Below the pieces are notes generated by a model that saw only the letters and a program-made list of their open reading frames with translations, ran no database searches and was not told where the DNA came from. A DNA stretch of 64,000 nucleotides from Myxococcota bacterium (GTDB lineage Bacteria; UBA10199; JACPAL01; GCA-016699445): positions 5,599 through 69,598 of the forward strand of contig JBPOJN010000014.1 of the NCBI GenBank assembly GCA_052033505.1, in the 5' to 3' direction. Each line of letters begins with the position of its first letter. Position 1 is the first letter of the stretch. The position numbers and the translations under genes are program-made. Positions 28,773-36,949 of this stretch are shown piece after piece.

Positions 28773-30917
28773 ATGCCCATCACCCTCGAAAAACCCGTTG
28801 GAAAAGGTGCCCTGATTTTTGGAGCGCATCCTTTAGGCATGAAAGCGGTCGCGGATCGTTCGATTTGGAGCGCGCAACGAGAACTGCCGCATCCCATCGC
28901 GGGAGCCCAGGGCAAGACGGCCTTGATCATCGGCAGTACATCGCCGGGTTATGGAAGCGCCACGGCGCTTGCGTTGCGCGCGGCGGGTTTCGGGAAGATC
29001 ATCGGGATCGGTTATGAACGTCCACCGACCCTTGATAAGAACTTCCGTGCATCGCCGGGCTGGTATCTCACGCGACACCTGCATGAAGCCGGCATCATCG
29101 ATCGTACGTATTTCGCCGATGCCTTCGCCGACGACACGCGCCGACGCGTGATGCGGGATATGGTCGCGAACGACGAGCGCATTGACCTCATGGTTTACAG
29201 CCTGGCCGCGGGCACGCGTTCGTATGGCACACAGAAATGGAATTCTTCGCTGAAAGTCATCGGGGAATCTTTGGACGTGACGGCGCTCGATTACAATATG
29301 TTGGACTACAAAGGCGTCAAATTGAAACCGGCGCGCATCGAAGCCGCGACGGAGGAGCAGATTGCCCACACTGTGAAAGTCATGGGGGGAGAGGATTTAA
29401 GTTTTTGGGTGGGCGCTTTGTTCATGAGCGGCCGCCTCAATCCTGGCGCGTTCATAACGTCGCGCAGTTATATCGGTCCTGAGGGGTTACTCGATTTAAG
29501 GCGCATTTATCGGGACGGTAGCATCGGTGCGTCCAAGAAAGATAATGAACGCGTGACGCGTGAATGGGACGCACGCCTTCGCGACATCGACGTCCGCGCG
29601 TTGGCGGAAGTCGACCCGGCCGTCGTGACGATAGCCTCCGCCCAGATTCCCGCGATCGCGAAATACCTCGCGGCCTACCTCGGCGTCGCCGATGGCGGAG
29701 CGAAGATTTATCGCGATCCCATCGGAGTTTCCGTGGATCTCGTGCGCGCTTTGTATGGTCAGGGCGAGCCCTGGAAGAATCTTTTGGATGACGAAGGCCG
29801 GCTGCGTCTCGATGGTCACGAAATGCAGGAAGCCCTACAAGCCTCCATCTTGGAGCAGTGGAATGCCAACAACCAACCTGGTGAGCCTACGGAAACTTTG
29901 AAAGAAGGGTTGGATCGTTACCGCGAGAACTATTTAGGACTTTTCGGTTTCGGTTTGCCGGAAGTGGACTACTCGAAACCTTTTGAGCTGGATACGACGC
30001 TCGCCGGCGGTATCGTGGATTTGCTTTCAGAACCCATGCCGACTCCGATCGTGATTCCCGCGGCGCGCGAACCCCAACCGGAAATTACGTCCGCGCCCGA
30101 AGTAAAAGTCACCGCCGTTGGGGCCTTCTTCGATGCCTTACTGTCTCGAGACAACGAACCCGGGGTTATGGCCCAATCGGAAGGCGATAAAAAAGTTTTC
30201 GTCTCACAATATTCTCTGAATCCCAGTACGATTCGCCGTTATGTGGCGGCAACGCAGCAGCCGCAGGATGGAAACGTGCCGTCGGCCTTTACGTTCGTCA
30301 TGGCGTTCCCGAATATTTTGGACGCAATCAAAGACGTTTTGAGAACGGCCGCCATTAAGTCCGTCGTGCATGCGGCGGAAGAAGTGACGATGTTGGCGCC
30401 GATTCCGGCCGACGGGTCGGTGACGGTGCGTGCGTGGCTCGCCAAAAAAGTCGGAAAAGGCCCCGTAGTTACGATCGTACAGCGTGAGCTCGTGGGATCG
30501 GACGGAACGCTGTTGGCGACGGGAAAGACCACTTTGGCGGTCGGCGGCGATCTTTCCGCCCTTCCGGCCGTACTGGCGAAACCCGAAGATTCTGCGGGGG
30601 AACTCCTTAGTCGCATTCACGTCGACCAAAGCTTGATCGATATTTACAGCAAGGCGAGCGAGGATACCAATCCCATCCATATTTCGGAAGAAGCGGCGAA
30701 AGCCTTGGGTCTTTCTTCGACGATCGCCCATGGCATGCTGACTTTGGGACTCGCGAACCGCGATAATCCTTCTAACTATACCGCCAAATGGAAGACCCCG
30801 GTTCAAGCCGGAGACACAGTGGAATTCCGACGCATGGACGACAATAAAATCGTCGGCGTCATCGCGCGCGGTGGACAAATGTTCCTCGCGATCGAATTGA
30901 CCAAAAAATCTTCTTAG
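28773..30917 (+). CDS. fusion protein: FabV/Ter-type trans-2-enoyl reductase (N) + MaoC-like hot-dog dehydratase (C)
   Basis: Residues 1-400 align motif-by-motif with FabV: HPLGMKAV, LIIGSTSPGYGSATALA, VYSLAAGTRSYGT, TVKVMGGEDLSFWVGALFMSGRL, YIGPEGLLDLRRIYRDGSIGASKKD, EGRLRLD and YLGLFGFGLPEVDYSKP. The C-terminal 230 aa carry the MaoC/hot-dog signature DTNPIHISEEAAKALGLSSTIAHGM. Confidence 0.8.
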   Translation: MPITLEKPVGKGALIFGAHPLGMKAVADRSIWSAQRELPHPIAGAQGKTALIIGSTSPGYGSATALALRAAGFGKIIGIGYERPPTLDKNFRASPGWYLTRHLHEAGIIDRTYFADAFADDTRRRVMRDMVANDERIDLMVYSLAAGTRSYGTQKWNSSLKVIGESLDVTALDYNMLDYKGVKLKPARIEAATEEQIAHTVKVMGGEDLSFWVGALFMSGRLNPGAFITSRSYIGPEGLLDLRRIYRDGSIGASKKDNERVTREWDARLRDIDVRALAEVDPAVVTIASAQIPAIAKYLAAYLGVADGGAKIYRDPIGVSVDLVRALYGQGEPWKNLLDDEGRLRLDGHEMQEALQASILEQWNANNQPGEPTETLKEGLDRYRENYLGLFGFGLPEVDYSKPFELDTTLAGGIVDLLSEPMPTPIVIPAAREPQPEITSAPEVKVTAVGAFFDALLSRDNEPGVMAQSEGDKKVFVSQYSLNPSTIRRYVAATQQPQDGNVPSAFTFVMAFPNILDAIKDVLRTAAIKSVVHAAEEVTMLAPIPADGSVTVRAWLAKKVGKGPVVTIVQRELVGSDGTLLATGKTTLAVGGDLSALPAVLAKPEDSAGELLSRIHVDQSLIDIYSKASEDTNPIHISEEAAKALGLSSTIAHGMLTLGLANRDNPSNYTAKWKTPVQAGDTVEFRRMDDNKIVGVIARGGQMFLAIELTKKSS

Positions 30918-30966
30918 TTTTTGCGCAACTCTTTCTCCATTCAAGCGACACATTGCGACACTTTTT

Positions 30967-32397
30967 ATGGCGATTGATCTTCCTCGGGTGCGGCTTAGCG
31001 ATTTAGTTCATGCGGCGAGTCAGTATGTTGTTCCCGCCGTGTCCCGGCGCGCGGTTTCCTTGCGTCACAACCTGGTTTCCGGTGCGGATAGCCTGGCGCA
31101 ATCCATTGACCGCCGTTTTCGGGATCGCTTGGAGGGGCGGGCGCGGACTTTCGCAGAAAGAGCGCTTGGATTCGATTTCCGCGATTCCGTTCCGTTCGTT
31201 CCGCGTACGGTCGAAAAACTCTTGGGCTCCGAACATACGGCCTACAACGTCTTAGGGCTCGCGCAAACGATGGTCGATATCGCGGCGTCGCTCATGCACT
31301 ATGCTTCGATCGTGGGCGTGCGGGAATTCATGCAAGCCTACAAGACGGTCGGCAGTTCCCTCGACCGTTTATCCGTCCATCCGGAATTCGCGCCATACGC
31401 GCAGTTGCATTACCAGCATTGGATCGAGGATTACGCGAAGATCCACGGTCTTTCCGTACGCTTCGAAAACACAGAGCTCGTCCCTCAGGAAGGACCCGCG
31501 GTTTATGCGGTTTTTTGCCATTCCAGTATCTTTCCCGATTTCTTCCTGCCCTATCTCGACCCGCGCGGAGCCTTCGTGGCGGACGCGTACAATTTCCGCG
31601 ACAATCCCGTCAGCCGCCGTTTCGGGTTCAGTTTGATGGGCGACTTGTTCGGGCAGCCCTTGGTCGACCGCAAGGATCCGGCGCGAAACGAGAAATTGTT
31701 CGATCACATCATCGACGTCTCCGCACGTCACGGCATACGGCCGATTTGGTTCCCCAACGGCACGCGCGTCCCGCGTGCGTGGAAAGACGATGGGACGCTG
31801 GACCGCGCCGGTTTTTACTCCAGCGCGCCGAACGCGAAAAATGCGAAACATTACCTGCAAGCCGGGGGCGTGGCGGTAAACGCCGTGCGTTTGGCTAAAA
31901 AAGTGGGACGGACGGTAAAGGTGGTCGTGGTCACCATTCAAGGTCCGGAATACGTCATGCCGAAGAGCGCCGGGAAGCCGCCTTTCATTCAGCCCACGCG
32001 TCTTCGCGGGGACATCGTGCACCGTTTCGTCCAGGTCATCGAAGTCTCCCCGGACAGCAAAGAGAGACAGGTCATTACGGATTTGGGCCGCAATCTGCAT
32101 CTGCAGGCCAAGGCGGATCTAGGAATCGATGAGTACCTCGTCGAATGCGTCGGTCGCTGGAGCGGCAGCGAGCAAAAAGCAAAAGCCTTCGCTGAAAAAG
32201 CCAAGAATGGAAAAGGCGAGATTTGGTTCATCCTCGCCGACCGTATTCGCGCCATCCATCCATCACTCCCGGAGCGGGCGCAGTTCATCCAGCGACTTCT
32301 GGAAGCGGTCGATATTTTGAACCCCAACGGAGCCTTGGATACGCTTCTCGAAGAAGTCACCGCCTTCATGATGAAACACCAATTCGACGCGCATTGA
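30967..32397 (+). CDS. putative PlsC/LPLAT-superfamily acyltransferase (divergent)
   Basis: FPNGTRV resembles acyltransferase motif III (FPEGTR), followed by a hydrophobic KVVVVTIQGP block (motif IV-like). The candidate motif I is CHSSIFPD, which is HX5D rather than the canonical HX4D. It sits 49 bp downstream of the ER-DH gene. Confidence 0.45.
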   Translation: MAIDLPRVRLSDLVHAASQYVVPAVSRRAVSLRHNLVSGADSLAQSIDRRFRDRLEGRARTFAERALGFDFRDSVPFVPRTVEKLLGSEHTAYNVLGLAQTMVDIAASLMHYASIVGVREFMQAYKTVGSSLDRLSVHPEFAPYAQLHYQHWIEDYAKIHGLSVRFENTELVPQEGPAVYAVFCHSSIFPDFFLPYLDPRGAFVADAYNFRDNPVSRRFGFSLMGDLFGQPLVDRKDPARNEKLFDHIIDVSARHGIRPIWFPNGTRVPRAWKDDGTLDRAGFYSSAPNAKNAKHYLQAGGVAVNAVRLAKKVGRTVKVVVVTIQGPEYVMPKSAGKPPFIQPTRLRGDIVHRFVQVIEVSPDSKERQVITDLGRNLHLQAKADLGIDEYLVECVGRWSGSEQKAKAFAEKAKNGKGEIWFILADRIRAIHPSLPERAQFIQRLLEAVDILNPNGALDTLLEEVTAFMMKHQFDAH

Positions 32398-32517
32398 TCT
32401 CCCACTCCCTTTTAAATTTCTTAATTTTTCCGCTGACTTCCGCAACCCGTCCGTCGTTTTGCCGATAATGATCTTATAAAAGTGCGTTTGTATTATTCTC
32501 AAAAATAGGCTAAGTGC

Positions 32518-33255
32518 TTGATTTTATTCATTATGCCCATTGAGCCCATCCAGAGTGGTCTTCAGTCCAGCATCTCTTTGCCGCCGTCCCGCGTGATTTG
32601 GACGGGGACGGACGCCGCCTCGCGCGTGTCTTCGAAGCATTTCGGGGAAGCGATTCCGGATGTGGCGGACATTCGGGCGAATCCCGCGCTCTTGGAGATG
32701 TTCGGACGTTTGGGCGTACTCGAGAGGCTCCGCCGGAAATTGAATACGTTATCGCGGAAGCGGGCGCGCCTCGTGCCGGGCAAGAAGACCGTCGCGTGCG
32801 CGTTGCGCGCCTGTGAGGAGACGGATTTCGAGGACGTGATTTTCGCGGGCGTGGAGTTCGCGGAGGAATACCGCGGCGAAGAAGATACGATGGCGGGCGT
32901 CCTCGCGCACGAGTACGGCCACCTGCTCTCGGACTGGACGAAGGGTTTGAATCCCGACGCCATGACCTGGGAGGAAATTTTCGAGAGGCGTAAGGAAGAA
33001 GAGGCCGCGGCCGACGGTTACGCTGGGAAAATGCTCTTCCAGATGGGTTATTCGCCCGAGGGCATGGTGAAATTCTTGAAGAAGATCCAGAAGAAGGAAT
33101 GCCTCAAATACCACTCGCCGTCCACGCGCGAGGCCATCATCCGCCGTGCGTTCTCCGAAGCGCACCGCAAACAAAATCAAATGGTCAATCTCCGTTCGAT
33201 GTTCTCCGGCATCGCCTCCAATCCCTTCACGGCCAAACTCATCGCAGTGGCGTAA
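32518..33255 (+). CDS. putative zinc metalloprotease (HEXXH)
   Basis: VLAHEYGHLLSDW contains HEYGH (32908-32922) in a small 245-aa protein. No other family features were resolved. Confidence 0.4.
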   Translation: MILFIMPIEPIQSGLQSSISLPPSRVIWTGTDAASRVSSKHFGEAIPDVADIRANPALLEMFGRLGVLERLRRKLNTLSRKRARLVPGKKTVACALRACEETDFEDVIFAGVEFAEEYRGEEDTMAGVLAHEYGHLLSDWTKGLNPDAMTWEEIFERRKEEEAAADGYAGKMLFQMGYSPEGMVKFLKKIQKKECLKYHSPSTREAIIRRAFSEAHRKQNQMVNLRSMFSGIASNPFTAKLIAVA

Positions 33256-33282
33256 CGGTTCGTTTTTAGGTAAGCCGCGGCC

Positions 33283-34014
33283 ATGCGGCTTTTTTCAAAA
33301 ATTCCCATTTTATTTTTATTGGTTTTCTGGGGCGCTTGCGGCGCTTCGGACCCCGTTCCTGCGCCTGTGCCCACGCAGGTCATCGATGCGACCACGGTAG
33401 GTGGAATCCAGGGCGTCGTTTCGTTCGCGGGGACGCCTCCATCCGCGGCGAAAATCCCGGTCGCGAGTTTTTCGGAATGCGGCAATCCGTCCGGTATCGA
33501 TACCGATATCTTGATTCAAAATGGCAAAGTCAAAAACGCCTTCGTGGCGATCACGAAAGGTTTGGAAAATTACCGGTTCGAGAAGACTTCGGAAGAAGTC
33601 ATGATCGATCAGCGTCATTGCCTCTATGAACCGCGCGTGATCGGGCTCCAAGTCGGTCAGACCTTGGTCGTGAAAAACAGCGATCCGGCCCTGCATAATA
33701 TCCACGCGCAGCCGCTACAGTCGCGGGGTTTTAATGTCGGCATGCCCCGGCAAGCCTCCGATATCCGCAAGACTTTCGAAGTACCTGAGGTGATGATTCC
33801 CCTGCGCTGCGACGTGCACCCCTGGATGCGGGCTTATGCGGGCATCCTGCCTCATCCTTATTTTTCGGTGACCGGTGACGACGGAAGCTTCCGCCTGAAG
33901 AACGTCCCGCCCGGGGATTATATCGTGACCGTGTGGCACGAAAAATTGGGCAAAAAAGAATTCCCGATATCGGTGGGCGCCCGCGAAGAGAAGACGCTGG
34001 AAGTTTCGTTTTGA
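33283..34014 (+). CDS. cupredoxin-like (type-1 copper) lipoprotein
   Basis: Lipoprotein signal MRLFSKIPILFLLVFWGACGAS. The C-terminal RCDVHPWM (33808-33828) matches the Cys-x2-His-x2-Met ligand loop of amicyanin/pseudoazurin-type blue copper proteins (CTPHPFM). A candidate upstream His is in ALHNIHAQP. Confidence 0.5.
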   Translation: MRLFSKIPILFLLVFWGACGASDPVPAPVPTQVIDATTVGGIQGVVSFAGTPPSAAKIPVASFSECGNPSGIDTDILIQNGKVKNAFVAITKGLENYRFEKTSEEVMIDQRHCLYEPRVIGLQVGQTLVVKNSDPALHNIHAQPLQSRGFNVGMPRQASDIRKTFEVPEVMIPLRCDVHPWMRAYAGILPHPYFSVTGDDGSFRLKNVPPGDYIVTVWHEKLGKKEFPISVGAREEKTLEVSF

Positions 34015-34034
34015 CCGCCTTCCAAAATAAAAAA

Positions 34035-34070
34035 CCCCTGAGCCTCTTTCGAGAGACCCAGGGGTTTTGA
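34035..34070. terminator. intrinsic terminator between convergent genes
   Basis: CCCCTGAGCCTCTTTCGAGAGACCCAGGGG hairpin followed by TTTTGA. An A-tract on the 5' side suggests it works bidirectionally. Confidence 0.5.
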
Positions 34071-34091
34071 ATTCAAGACGGTCTAAAACGG

Positions 34092-34853
34092 CTAGAAGCC
34101 CTTCACCTTCCCCGCACGCTTGTAAAACATCAGGACATGGAACCAGCCCACGACGACGATCAAGGGCAGAATCCACCAGTAGCTGGCGGCCCAGGTCGTA
34201 TGTCCGTTGATCATCGTCCACACCAGCGGCACGGACAGGTAAGTATTATGCCGCGAGCGGAGACCCGCCATCGCGACGATTGCGGCGTCCGCCGGAGTAC
34301 CGGTTTTGACGCCCGTAATGATCTTCTGCTGCGCGGGCCAGATGCGAAACCAGACGTTGAACGCCATGATCGTGCCGAAGACGCCGCCTAAGTGGATATT
34401 GTAGGCGCGATAACTCATACCGGCCCACATTTTCATGACCAAGGTGAGCACAACGACCGCAATCACGCCGAAAGCCGCGACGGCTTTCGGGTTCTTGCCC
34501 AAGGGGCTCTTCATGATGGCGTCGTAGAGGAAAGGCGAGATTAGTACCAACGCGAGGATCGCGAAGACGGGACCACGGAGGCCGTCGCTCGGACTTTCGA
34601 GCACGAGACCGCCGTGATAGAACACCAACGCCAAAAGCAGGATACCGGAAGCCCACGTGAAAGCCGCGCCCCAACGGAACCAGAACAAGGCCCGGGGCAT
34701 CAGCTCCGGGACAACTTTTTTCTTCGTGTCGCCGTCCATGGTGGCGACGAAGGGGCCGTTCACGAAGTTGAAGAAATACAGCATGCCGATCCACAGGATG
34801 CCGGCGACGACGTGGATCCAGCGGAAAAACGATTCTAAAATTTGAGGCGCCAT
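34092..34853 (-). CDS. integral membrane protein (6-7 TM), function unknown
   Basis: Very hydrophobic: HVVAGILWIGMLYFFNF..., WGAAFTWASGILLLALVF..., multiple TM helices. Start placed at MAPQILESF after a GGGAGG RBS; the ORF track starts 81 nt earlier without an RBS. Confidence 0.5.
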   Translation of the reverse strand: MAPQILESFFRWIHVVAGILWIGMLYFFNFVNGPFVATMDGDTKKKVVPELMPRALFWFRWGAAFTWASGILLLALVFYHGGLVLESPSDGLRGPVFAILALVLISPFLYDAIMKSPLGKNPKAVAAFGVIAVVVLTLVMKMWAGMSYRAYNIHLGGVFGTIMAFNVWFRIWPAQQKIITGVKTGTPADAAIVAMAGLRSRHNTYLSVPLVWTMINGHTTWAASYWWILPLIVVVGWFHVLMFYKRAGKVKGF

Positions 34854-34979
34854 TTTGAAACCTCCCGATAAAGTTGACGAAAAGAAAGCCGCCGCATCTT
34901 TAAGAAACGATGAAGTTTTTTCAAGGTAAATCAAGGAGAGGCTTGCAATTGATGGGCGGCGATTCTAAAGACCGACCCC

Positions 34980-36812
34980 GTGCCGACAACCCAAAATCTA
35001 CAAGATATCGCGAAACGCATTCGCCATGACATCCTGACGTCCACGACCGAAGCGGGATCGGGCCATCCGACCTCTTCGATGTCCGCGACCGATCTCATGG
35101 CGGCGCTGTATTTCAAATATCTGAAATTCGACCTGCAAGACCCTCAGCACCCAAACAACGACCGCATTATTTTTTCCAAAGGCCACGCCTCGCCGCTATT
35201 TTATGCACTGTACGCGGCGGCCGGAGTGGTCAGCGATGCCGAGCTGAAATCTCTGCGCCGTCTCGGAAGTATTTTTCAAGGCCACCCGACGCCGGATTTC
35301 AAATACGCCGAAGCGGCGACGGGAAGTTTAGGTCAGGGGCTCTCGATCGGCGTCGGCATGGCGTTGAACGCGAAGTCGATCGATCATCTCCCGTACCGTA
35401 CGTATGTTCTCTTGGGCGACGGCGAGATGGCGGAAGGATCCGTCTGGGAAGCGATCCAGATCGCGGCGTATTATAAATTGGATAATCTGGTCGCGATTGT
35501 CGACGTGAACCGCTTGGGTCAAAGCCAAGAGACGATGTACGGCCACGACGCTGAGGCTTATTCGCAACGCATCACGGCCTTCGGCTGGGACGTCGTCACG
35601 ATCGACGGACATTCGTATGCAGAAATCGAAAAGGCGTACGAAAGCTGCTTGAACGCTAATGGCCGCCCGAAGGCCATCGTCGCGCGCACGCTGAAGGGCA
35701 AAGGCGTTTCGTTCCTCGAAGACAAATCGAATTGGCACGGCAAGGCTTTGTCGGCGGCGGATTTGGAGAAGGCTCTGAAGGAATTGGGGCCGGTGGATTT
35801 GAAACTCGTCACCGGCATCCAAAAACCAGAAAATCTGAAACCGAAAACCGTGACCACTACCGACGTCCCGCCGCCGTCCTATAAAAAAGGCGACGCGGTC
35901 GCCACGCGCAAGGCCTTCGGCAACGCGCTTGGTCGCTTGGTCGCGAAGTATCCCGACCTCATCTCGATCGACGCGGAGACGAAGAATTCGACCTTCGCCG
36001 AAGCGATGCTGGAAAAGAAAAAAGAGAATTACTTCGAAATGTTCATCGCCGAACAGAACATGATCGGCGTGGGCGTGGGTCTCACGCGCCGCGGGAAGAT
36101 TTGTTTCGCGTCGACGTTCGCGGCGTTCCTGACGCGCGCATTCGACCAGATCCGCATGGCGGCGGTCAGCCAGTCTTCGATCAAATGCGTGGGCTCGCAC
36201 GTCGGCGTTTCGATCGGTGAAGACGGTCCGTCGCAGATGGGTTTGGAAGACATCGCGATGTTCCGCGCGATCCACGGCAGCACGGTCCTGTATCCGTCGG
36301 ACGCCGTGTCGGCTGAGTATTTAGTGGAAGAATTAATCAAAACGCCCGGCATCGGCTACTTGCGCACCAGCCGTCCGGCGAATCCCGTGCTCTATGACGT
36401 CGGCGAAAAATTCCCGATCGGCGGATCGAAGACGTTGCGTTCGTCGGCCCAGGATCAAGTGACGCTCGTCGCCGCCGGCGTGACCTTGATCGAGTCTTTG
36501 CAGGCCGCCGACGCCCTCGCGAAAGATGGCGTTCATATTCGCGTGATCGATTGTTATTCCGTCAAACCCATCGACGCGGCGACACTTAAAAAAGCCGCTT
36601 CCGAAACCAAAGCCTTGATCGTCGTCGAAGATCACTGGTCTGAGGGCGGCATCGGCGACGCCGTGCTCGACGCCTTGGCGACGTCCCGCTCCGTTCCCGT
36701 CCATAAAATGGCTGTTCACGGAATGCCTGGCTCCGCCAAGCCCCAGGAAATGGTTGTCTGGGCTGGCATCGACGCCGCGTCGATTGCCAAAAAAGTCCGC
36801 AGCCTTCTCTGA
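34980..36812 (+). CDS. tkt: transketolase
   Basis: N-terminal TPP-binding region ...EAGSGHPTSSMSATDLMAALYF...GHASPLFYALYAAAG and GDGEMAEGSVWEA (the GDG motif). 610 aa. The ORF track gives a GTG start. Confidence 0.9.
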   Translation: MPTTQNLQDIAKRIRHDILTSTTEAGSGHPTSSMSATDLMAALYFKYLKFDLQDPQHPNNDRIIFSKGHASPLFYALYAAAGVVSDAELKSLRRLGSIFQGHPTPDFKYAEAATGSLGQGLSIGVGMALNAKSIDHLPYRTYVLLGDGEMAEGSVWEAIQIAAYYKLDNLVAIVDVNRLGQSQETMYGHDAEAYSQRITAFGWDVVTIDGHSYAEIEKAYESCLNANGRPKAIVARTLKGKGVSFLEDKSNWHGKALSAADLEKALKELGPVDLKLVTGIQKPENLKPKTVTTTDVPPPSYKKGDAVATRKAFGNALGRLVAKYPDLISIDAETKNSTFAEAMLEKKKENYFEMFIAEQNMIGVGVGLTRRGKICFASTFAAFLTRAFDQIRMAAVSQSSIKCVGSHVGVSIGEDGPSQMGLEDIAMFRAIHGSTVLYPSDAVSAEYLVEELIKTPGIGYLRTSRPANPVLYDVGEKFPIGGSKTLRSSAQDQVTLVAAGVTLIESLQAADALAKDGVHIRVIDCYSVKPIDAATLKKAASETKALIVVEDHWSEGGIGDAVLDALATSRSVPVHKMAVHGMPGSAKPQEMVVWAGIDAASIAKKVRSLL

Positions 36813-36949
36813 TATCTAACGCACCGCACAAAATTTAGGCAGCAGTGACTATCATTTAAGCATTTGATTTTATTAGAGAAAATTGAATTTTACAATTGAC
36901 GTTTTTTTAGAATTACTCCAATTCTGCAGGAGGGGTTGGAGAATTCTGA

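Noticed and set aside
28833-30953. Minus-strand ORFs (28833..29369, 178 aa; 30204..30953, 249 aa) overlapping the FabV-MaoC gene
   Set aside because: Antisense to a gene with extensive motif-by-motif FabV similarity. Arg-rich artefacts.
31369-32405. ORFs antisense or out-of-frame to the putative acyltransferase (31369..32100, 243 aa; 31419..31898; 31989..32405)
   Set aside because: They overlap the sense ORF, which carries the FPNGTRV motif. No independent support exists.
35328-36719. ORFs antisense to transketolase (35328..36275, 315 aa; 36333..36719)
   Set aside because: They oppose a near-certain tkt gene and have Arg/Asp-rich composition without motifs.
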